This document shows positions 20,691-31,068 of a DNA stretch of 64,000 nucleotides, piece by piece. Within the stretch, counting starts at the first letter, position 1, and the number at the start of each line of letters is the position of its first letter. The stretch is from Gammaproteobacteria bacterium. Its GTDB lineage: Bacteria; Pseudomonadota; Gammaproteobacteria; G965277405. The notes below the pieces were generated by a model. It saw only the letters and a program-made list of their open reading frames with translations. It was not told where the DNA came from and ran no database searches. The stretch lies in assembly GCA_965277405.1 (NCBI GenBank), contig OZ255726.1:192001-256000 (forward strand). Reading direction: 5' to 3'. Made by a program: the position numbers and the translations under genes.

Positions 20691-21699
20691 CCACTGGGCT
20701 CTGGTGTGCTCGATACAACTGTTCAATGTACTGTATTTCTTCGTGGGAACCCATCAATGCAGGACAGCGGCTGTGAATATCATTTGGTATGACATCAAGT
20801 GTTGGTTGATGTCCAGTTGAGGCTTTGCCTCCAGCTTGCTCCACGATCATTGAAATCGGCGCGACTTCGTATAAATAGCGAATGCGCCCATTTTCATAGC
20901 CAACTCGTGCATCAGCAGGGTACATATACGAACCGCCGCGAATTAAGAAACGATTCACATCTGCGACCATCGACGCCACCCAGCGGGTATTAAAGTGTCT
21001 GCCACGCGGTCCGAGATCACCTTGCAAACATTCGTCAATGTATTGGTAGATGGCAGCATCCCAAAAGCGTCTATTGGCAATATTGATTGCAAACTCATTG
21101 GTGATTGCCGGAACTGTAATGTTGGTATGACCAAGTATGAAGGCATTGTGATCATGTGAAAAATAAAAAATATGAGCCCCATTGCCAAGCGTTAGCACAA
21201 ATTCTGTCGCTGGACCGTATACCGCAAAAGCAGCAGCGATTTGATTGCGACCTGGTTGGAGGAATGCAGCAACAGGAATAGTATTATGCCCCGCGTATGC
21301 GCCAGGCACTGGTAACCAAGAAAACACGCTACCAATGCTAATGTTGACGTCTATATTGCTAGAGCCGTCAAGTGGATCATAGCACAATAGCAGGTTTGAC
21401 TGGTGCGGATTGCATGTGCGTAATGTCCGCGATTCTTCAGAAACACAGGCGGCAATTACACCACTGCAATGGTCAAAAACCACTGTATCGCAACACAAAT
21501 CAAGTTTTTGTTGGGTATCGCCATCACTATTGACGGCGATGTCATCGCCATGCAATCCATATAGTGGCGCAGTGCGCACCTGTTGCGCAATATCAACAAC
21601 AGCTTCAGCACACTGTATTAATGAACGCTGCAGCAACGGGTAGGTGATGGCCTGTTGCTCGCTGATGTTTTTTTTAAAAAATTCGTTGAGTGTTATCAT
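20680..21699 (-). CDS. fbp: Class 1 fructose-1,6-bisphosphatase
   Basis: DPLDGSSNIDVN, RWVASMVADV, RYLYE; start MITL at 21699 because the longer ORF overlaps the tRNA. Confidence 0.93.
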   Translation of the reverse strand: MITLNEFFKKNISEQQAITYPLLQRSLIQCAEAVVDIAQQVRTAPLYGLHGDDIAVNSDGDTQQKLDLCCDTVVFDHCSGVIAACVSEESRTLRTCNPHQSNLLLCYDPLDGSSNIDVNISIGSVFSWLPVPGAYAGHNTIPVAAFLQPGRNQIAAAFAVYGPATEFVLTLGNGAHIFYFSHDHNAFILGHTNITVPAITNEFAINIANRRFWDAAIYQYIDECLQGDLGPRGRHFNTRWVASMVADVNRFLIRGGSYMYPADARVGYENGRIRYLYEVAPISMIVEQAGGKASTGHQPTLDVIPNDIHSRCPALMGSHEEIQYIEQLYRAHQSPVDEQ

Positions 21700-21710
21700 C
21701 GTTTCCTTTG

Positions 21711-21787
21711 TGGTGGGCCCGGCAGGACTCGAACCTGCGACCAATGGATTATGAGTCCACTGCTCTAACCAGCTGAGCTACAGGCCC
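21711..21787 (-). tRNA. tRNA with CAU anticodon, most likely tRNA-Ile2 (lysidine)
   Basis: GGGCCTGTAGCTCAGCTGGTTAGAGCAGTGGACTCATAATCCATTGGTCGCAGGTTCGAGTCCTGCCGGGCCCACCA; directly downstream of rpoD like E. coli ileX. Confidence 0.9.
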
Positions 21788-21802
21788 TTACAAAAAGAAA
21801 AT

Positions 21803-23698
21803 CTATTCTTCAAGAAAGCTACGCAAATACTCTGAGCGTGAAGGATGGCGTAGTTTACGTAAAGCTTTTGCTTCTATTTGACGAATCCGTTCGCGGGTTA
21901 CATCAAATTGACGACCAACTTCTTCAAGGGTATGGTCGGTATGCATGTCAATGCCAAAACGCATCCTCAGTACTTTTGATTCACGTTCAGATAATGCAGA
22001 TAACACGCTGGTCATTGCTTCTTTGAGTGATTCACTCGAAGCAAAATCGAGCGGAAGCTCTGAATTTACATCTTCAATGAAATCGCCTAAGTGAGAATCC
22101 TCATCGTCGCCAACTGGGGTGTCTGTAGAAATTGGGTCTTTAGATACTTTGAGAACTTTTCTAATTTTGTCCTCTGGAATGTCCATTAATACCCCAAGTT
22201 CTTCAGGTGTTGGCTCACGGCCAAGTTCTTGGAGCTTTTGCCGTGTCAGTCGATTCAACTTGTTAATTGTTTCAATCATATGCACGGGAATCCTGATAGT
22301 CCGTGCTTGATCGGCAATTGAACGCGTGATTGCTTGGCGAATCCACCATGTTGCATATGTAGAAAACTTAAAGCCGCGACGATATTCAAATTTATCAACT
22401 GCTTTCATCAAGCCGATATTACCTTCTTGAATAAGATCAAGAAACTGCAAGCCGCGGTTGGTATATTTTTTAGCAATTGATATTACCAAGCGTAGGTTGG
22501 CTTCAGTCATATCAGATTTTGCTGCCGTAATTGTTCGCAGTCCTGTGTTGATGGCAATCTGCAAGGTACGTATTTCATGGCAAGGAAGCCCTAATTCAGC
22601 TTCGCGGTCACTCATTTCCAGTTGTAACGAACGGATAGCATCGCGATGCTCTTTGACTTTTTTAGCATACGGCTTACGGCGCCGGATAAGTGCTTGCACC
22701 CACTTATCATTGGATACATTGCCACGCATGGTGGTGATACATTCACTGCGCTCAACACCGCATTTTTTGGTAATGATGGTATATATTTTTAGTTCAATAT
22801 CACGCAGATCCTTGCTGGTTTTTTTTGAAATATTAGAGATTTCATCTAAAAATTTTTGGTGAAGGCGAAAAAACGCAAAATGCGCTGCAAGAGCGTTTTT
22901 GGCAGCATTTGAGGCGCGATGCACCAATCCATTTCTGCCTACAGCTGCAAGGTACTTTTTATGGAGTAGTGCAAGTGTGTCAACGTATGCCGCGACTTCT
23001 TCTGGGTCTATTGATTTTGGATCAGTGGTTGCTGTTTCACTACTGTCTTCTTCATCTGTTTCTGCGGCTGTTGCTTTCTTGCCACCATCTTTCACAATTG
23101 CTGTTGTTGGAACTTCTTTTTTTGCAACAATGACAGCGTCATCTTCGGCTTCTTCTTTTTTTTCGTGCACCGTAATTGTGGTGTCCTTGGGATCTTGAAA
23201 TGTGCTCAATACATCATCCAGACGCGACTGACCTGCTAAGGCGTTGCGAAAACGTACGGTAACAATTTCAATAATTGAAGGGTAACTTGCCAATGCATGC
23301 ATTGTAGCAACAATGCCGTCTTCAATGCGTCTGGCGATTTCAATTTCGCCTTCGCGCGTTAATAAATCGACCGTTCCCATCTCGCGCATATACATACGGA
23401 CAGGATCAGTGGTGCGGTTTTGGGTGGTTACAGAGTTATGGTATTTGTTTTGATCATCTTCTTGTTCCACCTCGACTTCTTGTTGCTTCCCCTCTGCTGG
23501 AGTTGATACGACGCTGTCAGAATCTGGCACTTGATCATGCACACTAATGCCCATCTCATTGATGGTTTCAATAATGCTTTCAATTTCATTTGGGTCAGTT
23601 AAATTTTCAGAAATGTTGTCGTTGACTTCAGTGTATGAGACAAAACTCTTGTCCTTGTTTTGTTCAATGTACGATTTAATTTGCTCTTTATCGCTCAT
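21803..23698 (-). CDS. rpoD: RNA polymerase sigma factor RpoD
   Basis: [50 protein letters not shown]. Confidence 0.98.
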   Translation of the reverse strand: MSDKEQIKSYIEQNKDKSFVSYTEVNDNISENLTDPNEIESIIETINEMGISVHDQVPDSDSVVSTPAEGKQQEVEVEQEDDQNKYHNSVTTQNRTTDPVRMYMREMGTVDLLTREGEIEIARRIEDGIVATMHALASYPSIIEIVTVRFRNALAGQSRLDDVLSTFQDPKDTTITVHEKKEEAEDDAVIVAKKEVPTTAIVKDGGKKATAAETDEEDSSETATTDPKSIDPEEVAAYVDTLALLHKKYLAAVGRNGLVHRASNAAKNALAAHFAFFRLHQKFLDEISNISKKTSKDLRDIELKIYTIITKKCGVERSECITTMRGNVSNDKWVQALIRRRKPYAKKVKEHRDAIRSLQLEMSDREAELGLPCHEIRTLQIAINTGLRTITAAKSDMTEANLRLVISIAKKYTNRGLQFLDLIQEGNIGLMKAVDKFEYRRGFKFSTYATWWIRQAITRSIADQARTIRIPVHMIETINKLNRLTRQKLQELGREPTPEELGVLMDIPEDKIRKVLKVSKDPISTDTPVGDDEDSHLGDFIEDVNSELPLDFASSESLKEAMTSVLSALSERESKVLRMRFGIDMHTDHTLEEVGRQFDVTRERIRQIEAKALRKLRHPSRSEYLRSFLEE

Positions 23699-23881
23699 AT
23701 ATGCTTGGGTCCGTTTGCAGCCGCAAGAAATGCCTATTAAAAGTGCTCTGCGGATATTGTTTAAATATGGCAGTGACTATATACAAAAACAGTAAACTTT
23801 ACATATTAGTATATGTAGTTTCCAACATTCAATGGAATAAATTTACTGAATAGTTTGAAGTGGTGTCTTTTTTTTTAATTG

Positions 23882-25516
23882 CTAGGGTGTTGGCTGCTGA
23901 ATCATCGCAGTAAATTGCTCAATTTCAACACGCCGGCCAAGTGGGACAAATGTGGCAACCTTCCCCGTGAACGGTTGTGCTAACCACGCAAATGTTGGCT
24001 GCGCTGGTATGGGTAGAATACTGGCTGATTGCGCGTAGAGTTCGGGCATGACTGGCGATAACAGCGTTATCAACAACGCATAGCAGTGCAACGCTGTTGT
24101 GCAAATATGCTGCGCATGTGCACGGGTATTTTCGTGCTTTACTGCAGCCCATGGTTGCTCAGTATTGATAATTCTATTGATATCATCTGCAATGATTGTC
24201 AGATGATTGATAACTTGAAAATATTGCCGAGTATCATAGCAGGCAAGTATTGCTAATTTCTTTTGGCGAATGTGGTGAATGATTGGATGTTCTGCAGCAT
24301 CGCTGAGTTGGTTGTCATACTGCTTTTCTAAAATCCGCATAGTTCTGCTAGGAATATTAATGAGCTTACCAATCACATCTGAATTTATCTTGGTGACAAA
24401 GTTCTCCAAGCTAAAATCAATGTCGTCAATAGAATTATTGAGTCTTGATGCGTAGTAGTAGCGCAAGTATTCAGGATTAGCATGTTGTGAAAATGTGCTG
24501 GCAAGGATGAATGTGCCTTTTGATTTGGACATTTTCTCACCATTAACCGTGATAAAACCATGGCAATACACCCCAGTTGGGGTGCGGATATCAGCACCAT
24601 GGAGCAGCGCAGGCCAGAACAAACAGTGGAAATATGCAATATCTTTGCCGATAAAATGGTGCATTTCAATATCGCTGTCCGCACGAATAAACGCATCAAA
24701 ATCAAGGTTGTTTTTCTCACAATAATGCGCCAAGCCTGCCAGATAGCCGATAGGCGCATCCAGCCAAACATAAAAGTATTTGCCCGTTTCTCCTGGTATC
24801 TCAAAGCCAAAGTATGGAGCATCACGGCTAATATCCCACATCTTTAAACCATTGGCAAACCAGATATTCAGCTTATTGCGAATCTGTTGTTGGACATGAT
24901 TGCTATCAATCCATGTGCGTAAAAATGCTTGCAATTTTGGTAGGTTAAAAAACAGATGTTCAGATTGGCGCAACTCTGGGGTGGCGTTGCTTAGTACTGA
25001 ATATGGCTGAATGAGCTGGGTCGGCTCATACGTGCTGCCGCATTCCTCACAATTATCACCATACTGATCTGCCGCATGACAGTGTGGGCATTCCCCTTTG
25101 ATATAGCGATCTGGCAAGAACATTTTTTCTTGCGCGTCATACATTTGAGAAATTGTTTTTCTCTCAATCAAACCTTTAGCAACGAGTGCGCGATAAATGC
25201 GTTCAGATAGCGCACGATTTTCTGGGCTGTGGGTTGTGTAATACATGTCATAATTCACCCCAAAACTACGCATATCTTGCTCGTGCTGCTGGCGCATATG
25301 GTCAATCCACTTATCAATTGAAACACCTTCTTTGGCAGCACGAATCATTACCGCAGTCCCGTGTGCGTCGTCAGCGCAAATATAATGGCACACATTGCCG
25401 AGTGTCCGTTGGTAGCGTACCCAAATATCGGTTTGAATGTGTTCAAATAAATGACCAAGATGAATGTCACCATTGGCATATGGCAGAGCACTAGTAATAA
25501 ATAACGTTTTGGACAT
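23882..25516 (-). CDS. metG: Methionine--tRNA ligase, lacking the C-terminal tRNA-binding appendix
   Basis: ALPYANGDIHLGH, zinc knuckle, KMSKS; ends at 544 aa. Confidence 0.96.
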   Translation of the reverse strand: MSKTLFITSALPYANGDIHLGHLFEHIQTDIWVRYQRTLGNVCHYICADDAHGTAVMIRAAKEGVSIDKWIDHMRQQHEQDMRSFGVNYDMYYTTHSPENRALSERIYRALVAKGLIERKTISQMYDAQEKMFLPDRYIKGECPHCHAADQYGDNCEECGSTYEPTQLIQPYSVLSNATPELRQSEHLFFNLPKLQAFLRTWIDSNHVQQQIRNKLNIWFANGLKMWDISRDAPYFGFEIPGETGKYFYVWLDAPIGYLAGLAHYCEKNNLDFDAFIRADSDIEMHHFIGKDIAYFHCLFWPALLHGADIRTPTGVYCHGFITVNGEKMSKSKGTFILASTFSQHANPEYLRYYYASRLNNSIDDIDFSLENFVTKINSDVIGKLINIPSRTMRILEKQYDNQLSDAAEHPIIHHIRQKKLAILACYDTRQYFQVINHLTIIADDINRIINTEQPWAAVKHENTRAHAQHICTTALHCYALLITLLSPVMPELYAQSASILPIPAQPTFAWLAQPFTGKVATFVPLGRRVEIEQFTAMIQQPTP

Positions 25517-25806
25517 TAATGGGCAGCAGTTGCAGTGTAAAACTGCATAGTAGGAATATAGCTTGATGATTCAAGGCTTCGCAGCAGTTAAGGGAGAAAG
25601 CTGCGCAACATATCAATATTGCAAGGCGCCATTACCCATTCTATACCAACTGCAATATACCAACTGCAATTCACCTCCCAATATCGTTGCGCTTGCTGTC
25701 TCCAATTAAATTAAGCGCTGATTTCGCACAGAAAGGGAATAAAAGTAAGCGCTGACTTGTGGTTCACCTATAGATGTAACCAGCTTAAATGCTGTTGATT
25801 CAAATG

Positions 25807-25848
25807 CCACATACTCATGCAACGCTGTGATATTTTGCAGCGATAAGT
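25807..25848 (+). repeat. 42-bp direct repeat, copy 1 (copy 2 at 27482-27523)
   Basis: CCACATACTCATGCAACGCTGTGATATTTTGCAGCGATAAGT identical at both sites. Confidence 0.92.
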
Positions 25849-25853
25849 CTTGT

Positions 25854-26137
25854 GGAACCTCTGATTAACTCACTGATGGAGCGAGTTTGCCTGCAATTGC
25901 TGCTGATTGTCAGGCACAAACGAAGAGCGCATGACATGACCTTGCTATACGCCAAGGGATGCAACACAGCAAGCGTAAGCAATTGCCGCAAACCCAAAGT
26001 ATATGCAACACAACGACGGTAATACCCACAAGACCCACAAGACCCACAAGACCCACCAGTGTTATCTACGCACTGCGCTTAAGTTTCATCAGCGTTTTTG
26101 CTCCGTCTCGCCTGTCATGGACTTAAGCAGAGATTCA
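25854..26137 (-). mobile_element. IS5-type MITE copy with internal deletion and CCCACAAGA tandem expansion
   Basis: GGAACCTCTGATTAACTC...GGACTTAAGCAGAGATTCA. Confidence 0.88.
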
Positions 26138-26264
26138 CTATGATACCCAACATAAGTCAACGGTAACTCAAAATTTTCGAATTATCCATAAATATCCAAT
26201 AACGCCTTTTTTTATCCAATTCAACAATCCAATTTGACTTATTACCATTTGCGATTATCTTAAA

Positions 26265-26291
26265 TGTACAAAAGACGCTGTAATATGTACA
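26265..26291. promoter_or_regulatory. Putative antitoxin operator (two TGTACA palindromes)
   Basis: TGTACA at 26265 and 26286, just upstream of a Phd/YefM antitoxin; TGTACA is the YefM-YoeB operator core. Confidence 0.55.
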
Positions 26292-26324
26292 TTATCAACT
26301 AATTTTATACCCATGAGAGTCGCA

Positions 26325-26567
26325 ATGAAGACAATGACATCCAGCGAGGCAAGGCAAAGTTTCAGCAATGTAATCAGTATTGCAGAGAAAGAAGCTGTGA
26401 CAATTTCCAAGAACAGCAAAGAGATAGCGGTTGTTATCTCATCAAAAAGATACCATGAGCTAAAGAGGCTTGAGGATATCCTGTATGGAAAAGCAGCGAA
26501 ACTGGCTATTGAAGAAGGATTAGCCCCTACAGGTGAAGTTAAGGATTTGCTTGATAGCATTGATTAG
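26325..26567 (+). CDS. Type II TA antitoxin, Phd/YefM family
   Basis: MKTMTSSEARQSFSNVI...VTISKNSKEIAVVIS. Confidence 0.9.
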   Translation: MKTMTSSEARQSFSNVISIAEKEAVTISKNSKEIAVVISSKRYHELKRLEDILYGKAAKLAIEEGLAPTGEVKDLLDSID

Positions 26568-26861
26568 ATGGTAAATTACAGATTAACCATGCAAGCAACA
26601 AAGCAGCTTAAAAAACTCAAGAAGTCTGACATCAACACTGCAAGGCGCATTAAATCAACCATTATTTTGCTGAGTGAAGGCGGCATTATCGGAGAAGCCT
26701 TGCAAGGTTATGCAGGCTTTTTCAAGCTGCGTGTCGGTAAATATCGCCTTATCCAGACCACGCTAGACGATGATCTTATCATCGCCATTATTGAAAAAAG
26801 AAAAACAGTTTATAAAACCTTCCAACATCTGCTAGAAAATTCCAGATTTCTGGATATTTAG
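26568..26861 (+). CDS. Type II TA toxin, RelE/ParE family
   Basis: ATKQLKKL, LQGYAGFFKLRVGKYRLI, RKTVY; abuts antitoxin. Confidence 0.88.
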   Translation: MVNYRLTMQATKQLKKLKKSDINTARRIKSTIILLSEGGIIGEALQGYAGFFKLRVGKYRLIQTTLDDDLIIAIIEKRKTVYKTFQHLLENSRFLDI

Positions 26862-27134
26862 CGATTTCATAACACAAGCTTATTCTCCTTGCAGGTACTC
26901 ATTGGCTCAACCATAACTAATGCGGTGTAATTATTGTATATTTTTTAAAATTAAACTAAAACCAAAAATATGGATGCAAGTCAAAACCACTGCAATACCC
27001 ATCATTTTTTTCTTGCATGAGTAGAAAATTGCAAATTGGGGATTTCTACTGAAAAAAACACAGAATGTGCCGAAAATGGCATATATACGCCAATTTATCA
27101 GGGCTTTTTTGGTCCTATTTCCCAACATTTAAGA

Positions 27135-27475
27135 TTAATACTCCCTGCTGTTGTTACTATAATTGCTAGCCCTTTTCAAGTTATACGCCATCACTTCAAC
27201 CTCAGCATGGTTTGGTTATGCCAAGATATCGCCCGCGGTGAAGACCATACACCCTTGTCATCGTGCCGAAAGTTCTCTCGACTACAAATTTGATGATATC
27301 AACTTGTTACCAGCCTTTTGCCAGTGTGGCATTTCTTTACCGCGTAGCTTGTCCGCATAATTCCATCATCAATTTGCTTATCACCTAGATTTGCTTGCTT
27401 GGCTTTGCTGGCAGCTCCCTTGTCATACAGAAGCGTTTGTCCGGCTTTAGATAGGGGCATTCGATGCTATCGCTG
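27135..27475 (-). pseudogene. IS5-family transposase remnant (C-terminal DDE part, frameshifted)
   Basis: Segments LYDKG...DGIMR, HWQKAGNKLIS, VVERTFGTMTRVYGLHRGRYLG and MAYNLKR across frames. Confidence 0.8.
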
Positions 27476-27481
27476 CAGATA

Positions 27482-27523
27482 CCACATACTCATGCAACGC
27501 TGTGATATTTTGCAGCGATAAGT
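27482..27523 (+). repeat. 42-bp direct repeat, copy 2
   Basis: Identical to 25807-25848. Confidence 0.92.
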
Positions 27524-27577
27524 ATTACCGATAGTTTATATAATAACGCCTAAAATAGGCTATCTGGGTCAGCCCTC

Positions 27578-27613
27578 TTGACAATTTCACCTCAATATGT
27601 AAGTTTCTTACAT
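27578..27613 (+). promoter_or_regulatory. Sigma70 promoter with palindromic operator over the -10 (candidate RpiR site)
   Basis: TTGACA at 27578; ATGTAAG-TTT-CTTACAT at 27597-27613. Confidence 0.6.
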
Positions 27614-27665
27614 TAAGAGTGCGCAGGAATGCGCTTCCATGCATTTATAAAGGGGGTATAATATC

Positions 27666-29207
27666 ATGAAAGTCAATATTCGGTTAGGAACTAACATTGC
27701 AGTTGCTGCCTTGGCGGTTTTGACTGGCAATGTTTTTGCAGCAGGGATTTTGCGTTACGCGACGGTTGGTGAACCGCCCAGCCTTGATCAACAGGTGACC
27801 ACATCTGATCTGTCTACCACAATTGCGCAGCATATTTTTGAAGGTCTGTATACTTTTAATGCGTCTAATTCTCCAATCCCTTTGCTCGCTGCGGGCGAAA
27901 CGATATCTAATGATGGCAAAACGATTGTTATCGCGTTGCGTGAAGGTGTAAAATTTCATAACGGCGTAGAAATGACCGCTGCTGATGTTGTCGCTTCGCT
28001 GGTGCGCTGGGGCGAGTATGGTGCGCGCGGTAGCCTGTTGTTTGGGAATGTTGAGGGCGTGGAAGCAACTGGAAAGTATCAAGTTACCATTAATCTTCCT
28101 AAGGCATTTGGTCCTTGGAAGAACCTGATGGCCTTTATCAACGGCGGTCCAGCAATCTATCCTGCTTCCGTGGTAACAGGTGCTAGCAAAAAACCTATTG
28201 CACCTGAAAATTATATCGGAACAGGTCCCTACAAGTTTAGTGTTTGGGAGCCAAACCGTAAGATAGAGTTGGTTAAATTTGATGAATATAGCTCCCCAGA
28301 TGGTAAAGCTGATGGGTACGGCGGTGTGCGCACCGCTGAGTTTGACGTCCTAGACTTTATACCAGTGCCAAATGTCGGTACCCGCGTTGCAGGAGTTCGC
28401 GCAGGTGATTATGACTATGCTGAAAGCATTCCTGGCGATCTTTTTGAGGAACTTAACAATGATGAGAACGTTACCACCATTCTCAACGGTGGTCCGATCT
28501 TTGGTCTAGTGTTTATGAATTCCAAGCATGGGCCGCTTAAAGATAACTATGCCCTGCGCCTCGCTATTCAGACGGCGATTGACAAAACACCAGCACTTCA
28601 GGTTGCCATTGGTCCTGCAGGACTGTGGCGTGCAAATGGATCGTTCATGCCTGCAGGTAATGTCTGGTATACAGACTCTGGTGTGGATAATTATAGTAAA
28701 GGCGATGCAGAAGCCGCCGAAACTATGGCAGAAAAAGCTGGCTATAAAGGAGAACCCATCAAGTTCATGGTCTCTACCAACTATCAATTCCACTATGACA
28801 CGGCCGTCGTTTATACCAAACAGCTGCAGCAGGCAGGCTTTAACATTGATCTGCAAGTCTATGACTGGGCGACTTTGATTGAAAAACGCGCACAGCCTGA
28901 CCAGTGGGATATGTTCTTTACCCATCATGGTTTCGTTCCTGATCCAATCTTGATTTCAGTGATGAACAATACTTATCCAGGCTGGTGGGCCACCCCAGAA
29001 AAGGCAGCGTTGAAAGCAAAGTTCACTGCAAGTTCCGACCCTGCGCAACGCCTGCAGATATGGTCTGAAATTCAGGCGCTGATCTATGCACAGGTTCCAG
29101 CGATGAAAACTGGTGATGTCTATACTTATAATATAGCATCCCCAGCACTCAAAGGCTTGGGTGACGCGACGCTCATCTGGCCAGCGTTTTGGAACGTGAG
29201 CAAATAA
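27666..29207 (+). CDS. ABC peptide transporter substrate-binding protein
   Basis: Signal peptide; LREGVKFHNG, IGTGPYKF. Confidence 0.92.
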   Translation: MKVNIRLGTNIAVAALAVLTGNVFAAGILRYATVGEPPSLDQQVTTSDLSTTIAQHIFEGLYTFNASNSPIPLLAAGETISNDGKTIVIALREGVKFHNGVEMTAADVVASLVRWGEYGARGSLLFGNVEGVEATGKYQVTINLPKAFGPWKNLMAFINGGPAIYPASVVTGASKKPIAPENYIGTGPYKFSVWEPNRKIELVKFDEYSSPDGKADGYGGVRTAEFDVLDFIPVPNVGTRVAGVRAGDYDYAESIPGDLFEELNNDENVTTILNGGPIFGLVFMNSKHGPLKDNYALRLAIQTAIDKTPALQVAIGPAGLWRANGSFMPAGNVWYTDSGVDNYSKGDAEAAETMAEKAGYKGEPIKFMVSTNYQFHYDTAVVYTKQLQQAGFNIDLQVYDWATLIEKRAQPDQWDMFFTHHGFVPDPILISVMNNTYPGWWATPEKAALKAKFTASSDPAQRLQIWSEIQALIYAQVPAMKTGDVYTYNIASPALKGLGDATLIWPAFWNVSK

Positions 29208-29216
29208 GTTTCTCCC

Positions 29217-29243
29217 AAATTCCCGCCGCTGTGGTGGGAATTT
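29217..29243 (+). terminator. Intergenic stem-loop after SBP gene
   Basis: AAATTCCCGCC-GCTGT-GGTGGGAATTT hairpin. Confidence 0.5.
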
Positions 29244-29268
29244 GCTGGCAGCAACATTATGGACGTAT

Positions 29269-30216
29269 ATGTTTGGCTACACCCTCAAACGTCTCTTAGC
29301 GTTGATCCCTACATTGCTCGCGGCGTCAGTTCTGGTATTTCTTTTTATCCACCTTATTCCTGGAGATCCAGCAGCTATTCTGCTTGGTGACAGCGCTACT
29401 CCTGAACAGGTGGCGCAGCTCACCACCGAATTGGGGCTTGATCAGCCGCTGATTGCGCAGTATTTCTATTGGATGAGTAACGTGCTGCAGGGAGATTTGG
29501 GTAACTCTCTTTTCTTTGGTGAGCCAGTTGTTCGCGTTATTGGTCAGGGTGCTGAAACCTCGCTGTTGCTGGCTTCGATGTCCATGTTTTGGATCATCGT
29601 CATCGGCATTCCTGTTGGCGTGCTATCTGCTAGCTACAAAGGGAAATGGATAGATAATCTGACATCAGGCGCTGCCATGCTGTTTGCCTCCATTCCAACC
29701 TTTTGGCTTGGGCTGTATCTTATTTTAATTTTTGCTGTCTGGCTTGGTTGGCTGCCAAGTTCTGGTTTCCCAGCCATTGATAGTCTCGCGGATATTGGTA
29801 ATCTCCGCTATCTGCTGTTGCCAAGTTTGACCCTTGCCGCACCAAATGCGGCGCTGATTGTGCGCCTCGTTCGTGCTTCCATGCTTGATGTGTCCCGTGA
29901 GGACTATGTTCGCACTGCCCGCGCCAAGGGATTGCATCCTGTTAACGTTGCCATAAAACACGTGTTTCGCAATGCCTTGATTGCGGTTACCGCGGCATTC
30001 GGGTTTACCTTTGCAGCGCTTGTGTCTGAAGCGGTGGTGACGGAAACCGTTTTTGCGTTGCCAGGCGTTGGTCGACTGGTCATCCAGTCCATTTTGCGAC
30101 GCGACTATCCGGTTATTCAAGGTGTCATTCTAGTGATCGTCATACTCTACTCTTGTATCAACTTATTGGTGGACCTTACATATGCCCGCCTTGATCCTCG
30201 GGTGTCGTTGCAATGA
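29269..30216 (+). CDS. ABC peptide transporter permease (DppB-like)
   Basis: PGDPA, DYVRTARAKGL, ETVFALPGVG, RDYPVIQG. Confidence 0.92.
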   Translation: MFGYTLKRLLALIPTLLAASVLVFLFIHLIPGDPAAILLGDSATPEQVAQLTTELGLDQPLIAQYFYWMSNVLQGDLGNSLFFGEPVVRVIGQGAETSLLLASMSMFWIIVIGIPVGVLSASYKGKWIDNLTSGAAMLFASIPTFWLGLYLILIFAVWLGWLPSSGFPAIDSLADIGNLRYLLLPSLTLAAPNAALIVRLVRASMLDVSREDYVRTARAKGLHPVNVAIKHVFRNALIAVTAAFGFTFAALVSEAVVTETVFALPGVGRLVIQSILRRDYPVIQGVILVIVILYSCINLLVDLTYARLDPRVSLQ

Positions 30217-31064
30217 ATATTGTGCAACAATTTCAGGTCATTTTCGCTGGAAGACGGCTGGCAGCAGTTGGTTTTTTTTGGCTGTGTCTTGTCCTTGCTG
30301 TTGCAATCTTTGCACCGCTGGTTGCGCCGTTCTATCCGTATAACATCAATCCGATTGTGCGCCTGACCGAACCTGGTTGGCTACATTTATTCGGTACCGA
30401 CCATTTTGGGCGCGATACGTTTTCACGCGCTGTGTATGGCGCACGTATGACGGTAATTATTGGGGTGGGCAGCGTTGTCGTTGCCCTGCTGACCGGTGGG
30501 TTGATTGGCATGCTGTCAGCCTATTTTACCCGACTTGGTCATGTCCTTATGCGTGGTATTGATGTGCTGATGGCTTTTCCTGCTTTGCTGATGGCACTGG
30601 TGCTGATCACGCTGCTTGAGCGTAGCGTTGTCAATGCTATCATCGTCATCGGCATTGTTTACGCTACTACGACGGCGCGTATTCTTTTTGGAATGACGTT
30701 AAAACTTAAGGGCGAAGTGTTTGTTAATGCTGCGGTGGTTGCTGGTGCTGGGCACCCGTCCATTTTGTTTCGACACATTCTTCCCAATTTATTGTCGCCT
30801 CTATTGGTGCAGGCGAGTTTCATTTTTGCTTTTTCCCAGTTACAGGCAGCAGCGCTAGATTTTCTCGGGCTTGGCCTGCCTGCCGAAGTTGCGAGTTGGG
30901 GGAATATGCTTGCTGAAGAACGGATTTATATAACCCGTGCGCCCTGGCTGTTACTGTTTCCTGGTGCGCTGATTATTCTGACAGTCTTTGCTATGAATCT
31001 TGTCGGCGACGCTCTGCGCGACAGCATGGATCCTCGCTTCAAAGACGACATTGCAGGGGTTTAA
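30213..31064 (+). CDS. ABC peptide transporter permease (DppC-like)
   Basis: FGTDHFGRD, RHILPN, GDALRD. Confidence 0.92.
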   Translation: MNIVQQFQVIFAGRRLAAVGFFWLCLVLAVAIFAPLVAPFYPYNINPIVRLTEPGWLHLFGTDHFGRDTFSRAVYGARMTVIIGVGSVVVALLTGGLIGMLSAYFTRLGHVLMRGIDVLMAFPALLMALVLITLLERSVVNAIIVIGIVYATTTARILFGMTLKLKGEVFVNAAVVAGAGHPSILFRHILPNLLSPLLVQASFIFAFSQLQAAALDFLGLGLPAEVASWGNMLAEERIYITRAPWLLLFPGALIILTVFAMNLVGDALRDSMDPRFKDDIAGV

Positions 31065-31068
31065 ACAC

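Noticed and set aside
21700-21744. N-terminal extension of fbp (MVAGSSPAGPT)
   Set aside because: It is the tRNA T-arm read as protein; true start at 21699
25642-25669. 14-bp tandem duplication TATACCAACTGCAA x2
   Set aside because: Two units only; ordinary slippage with no evident function
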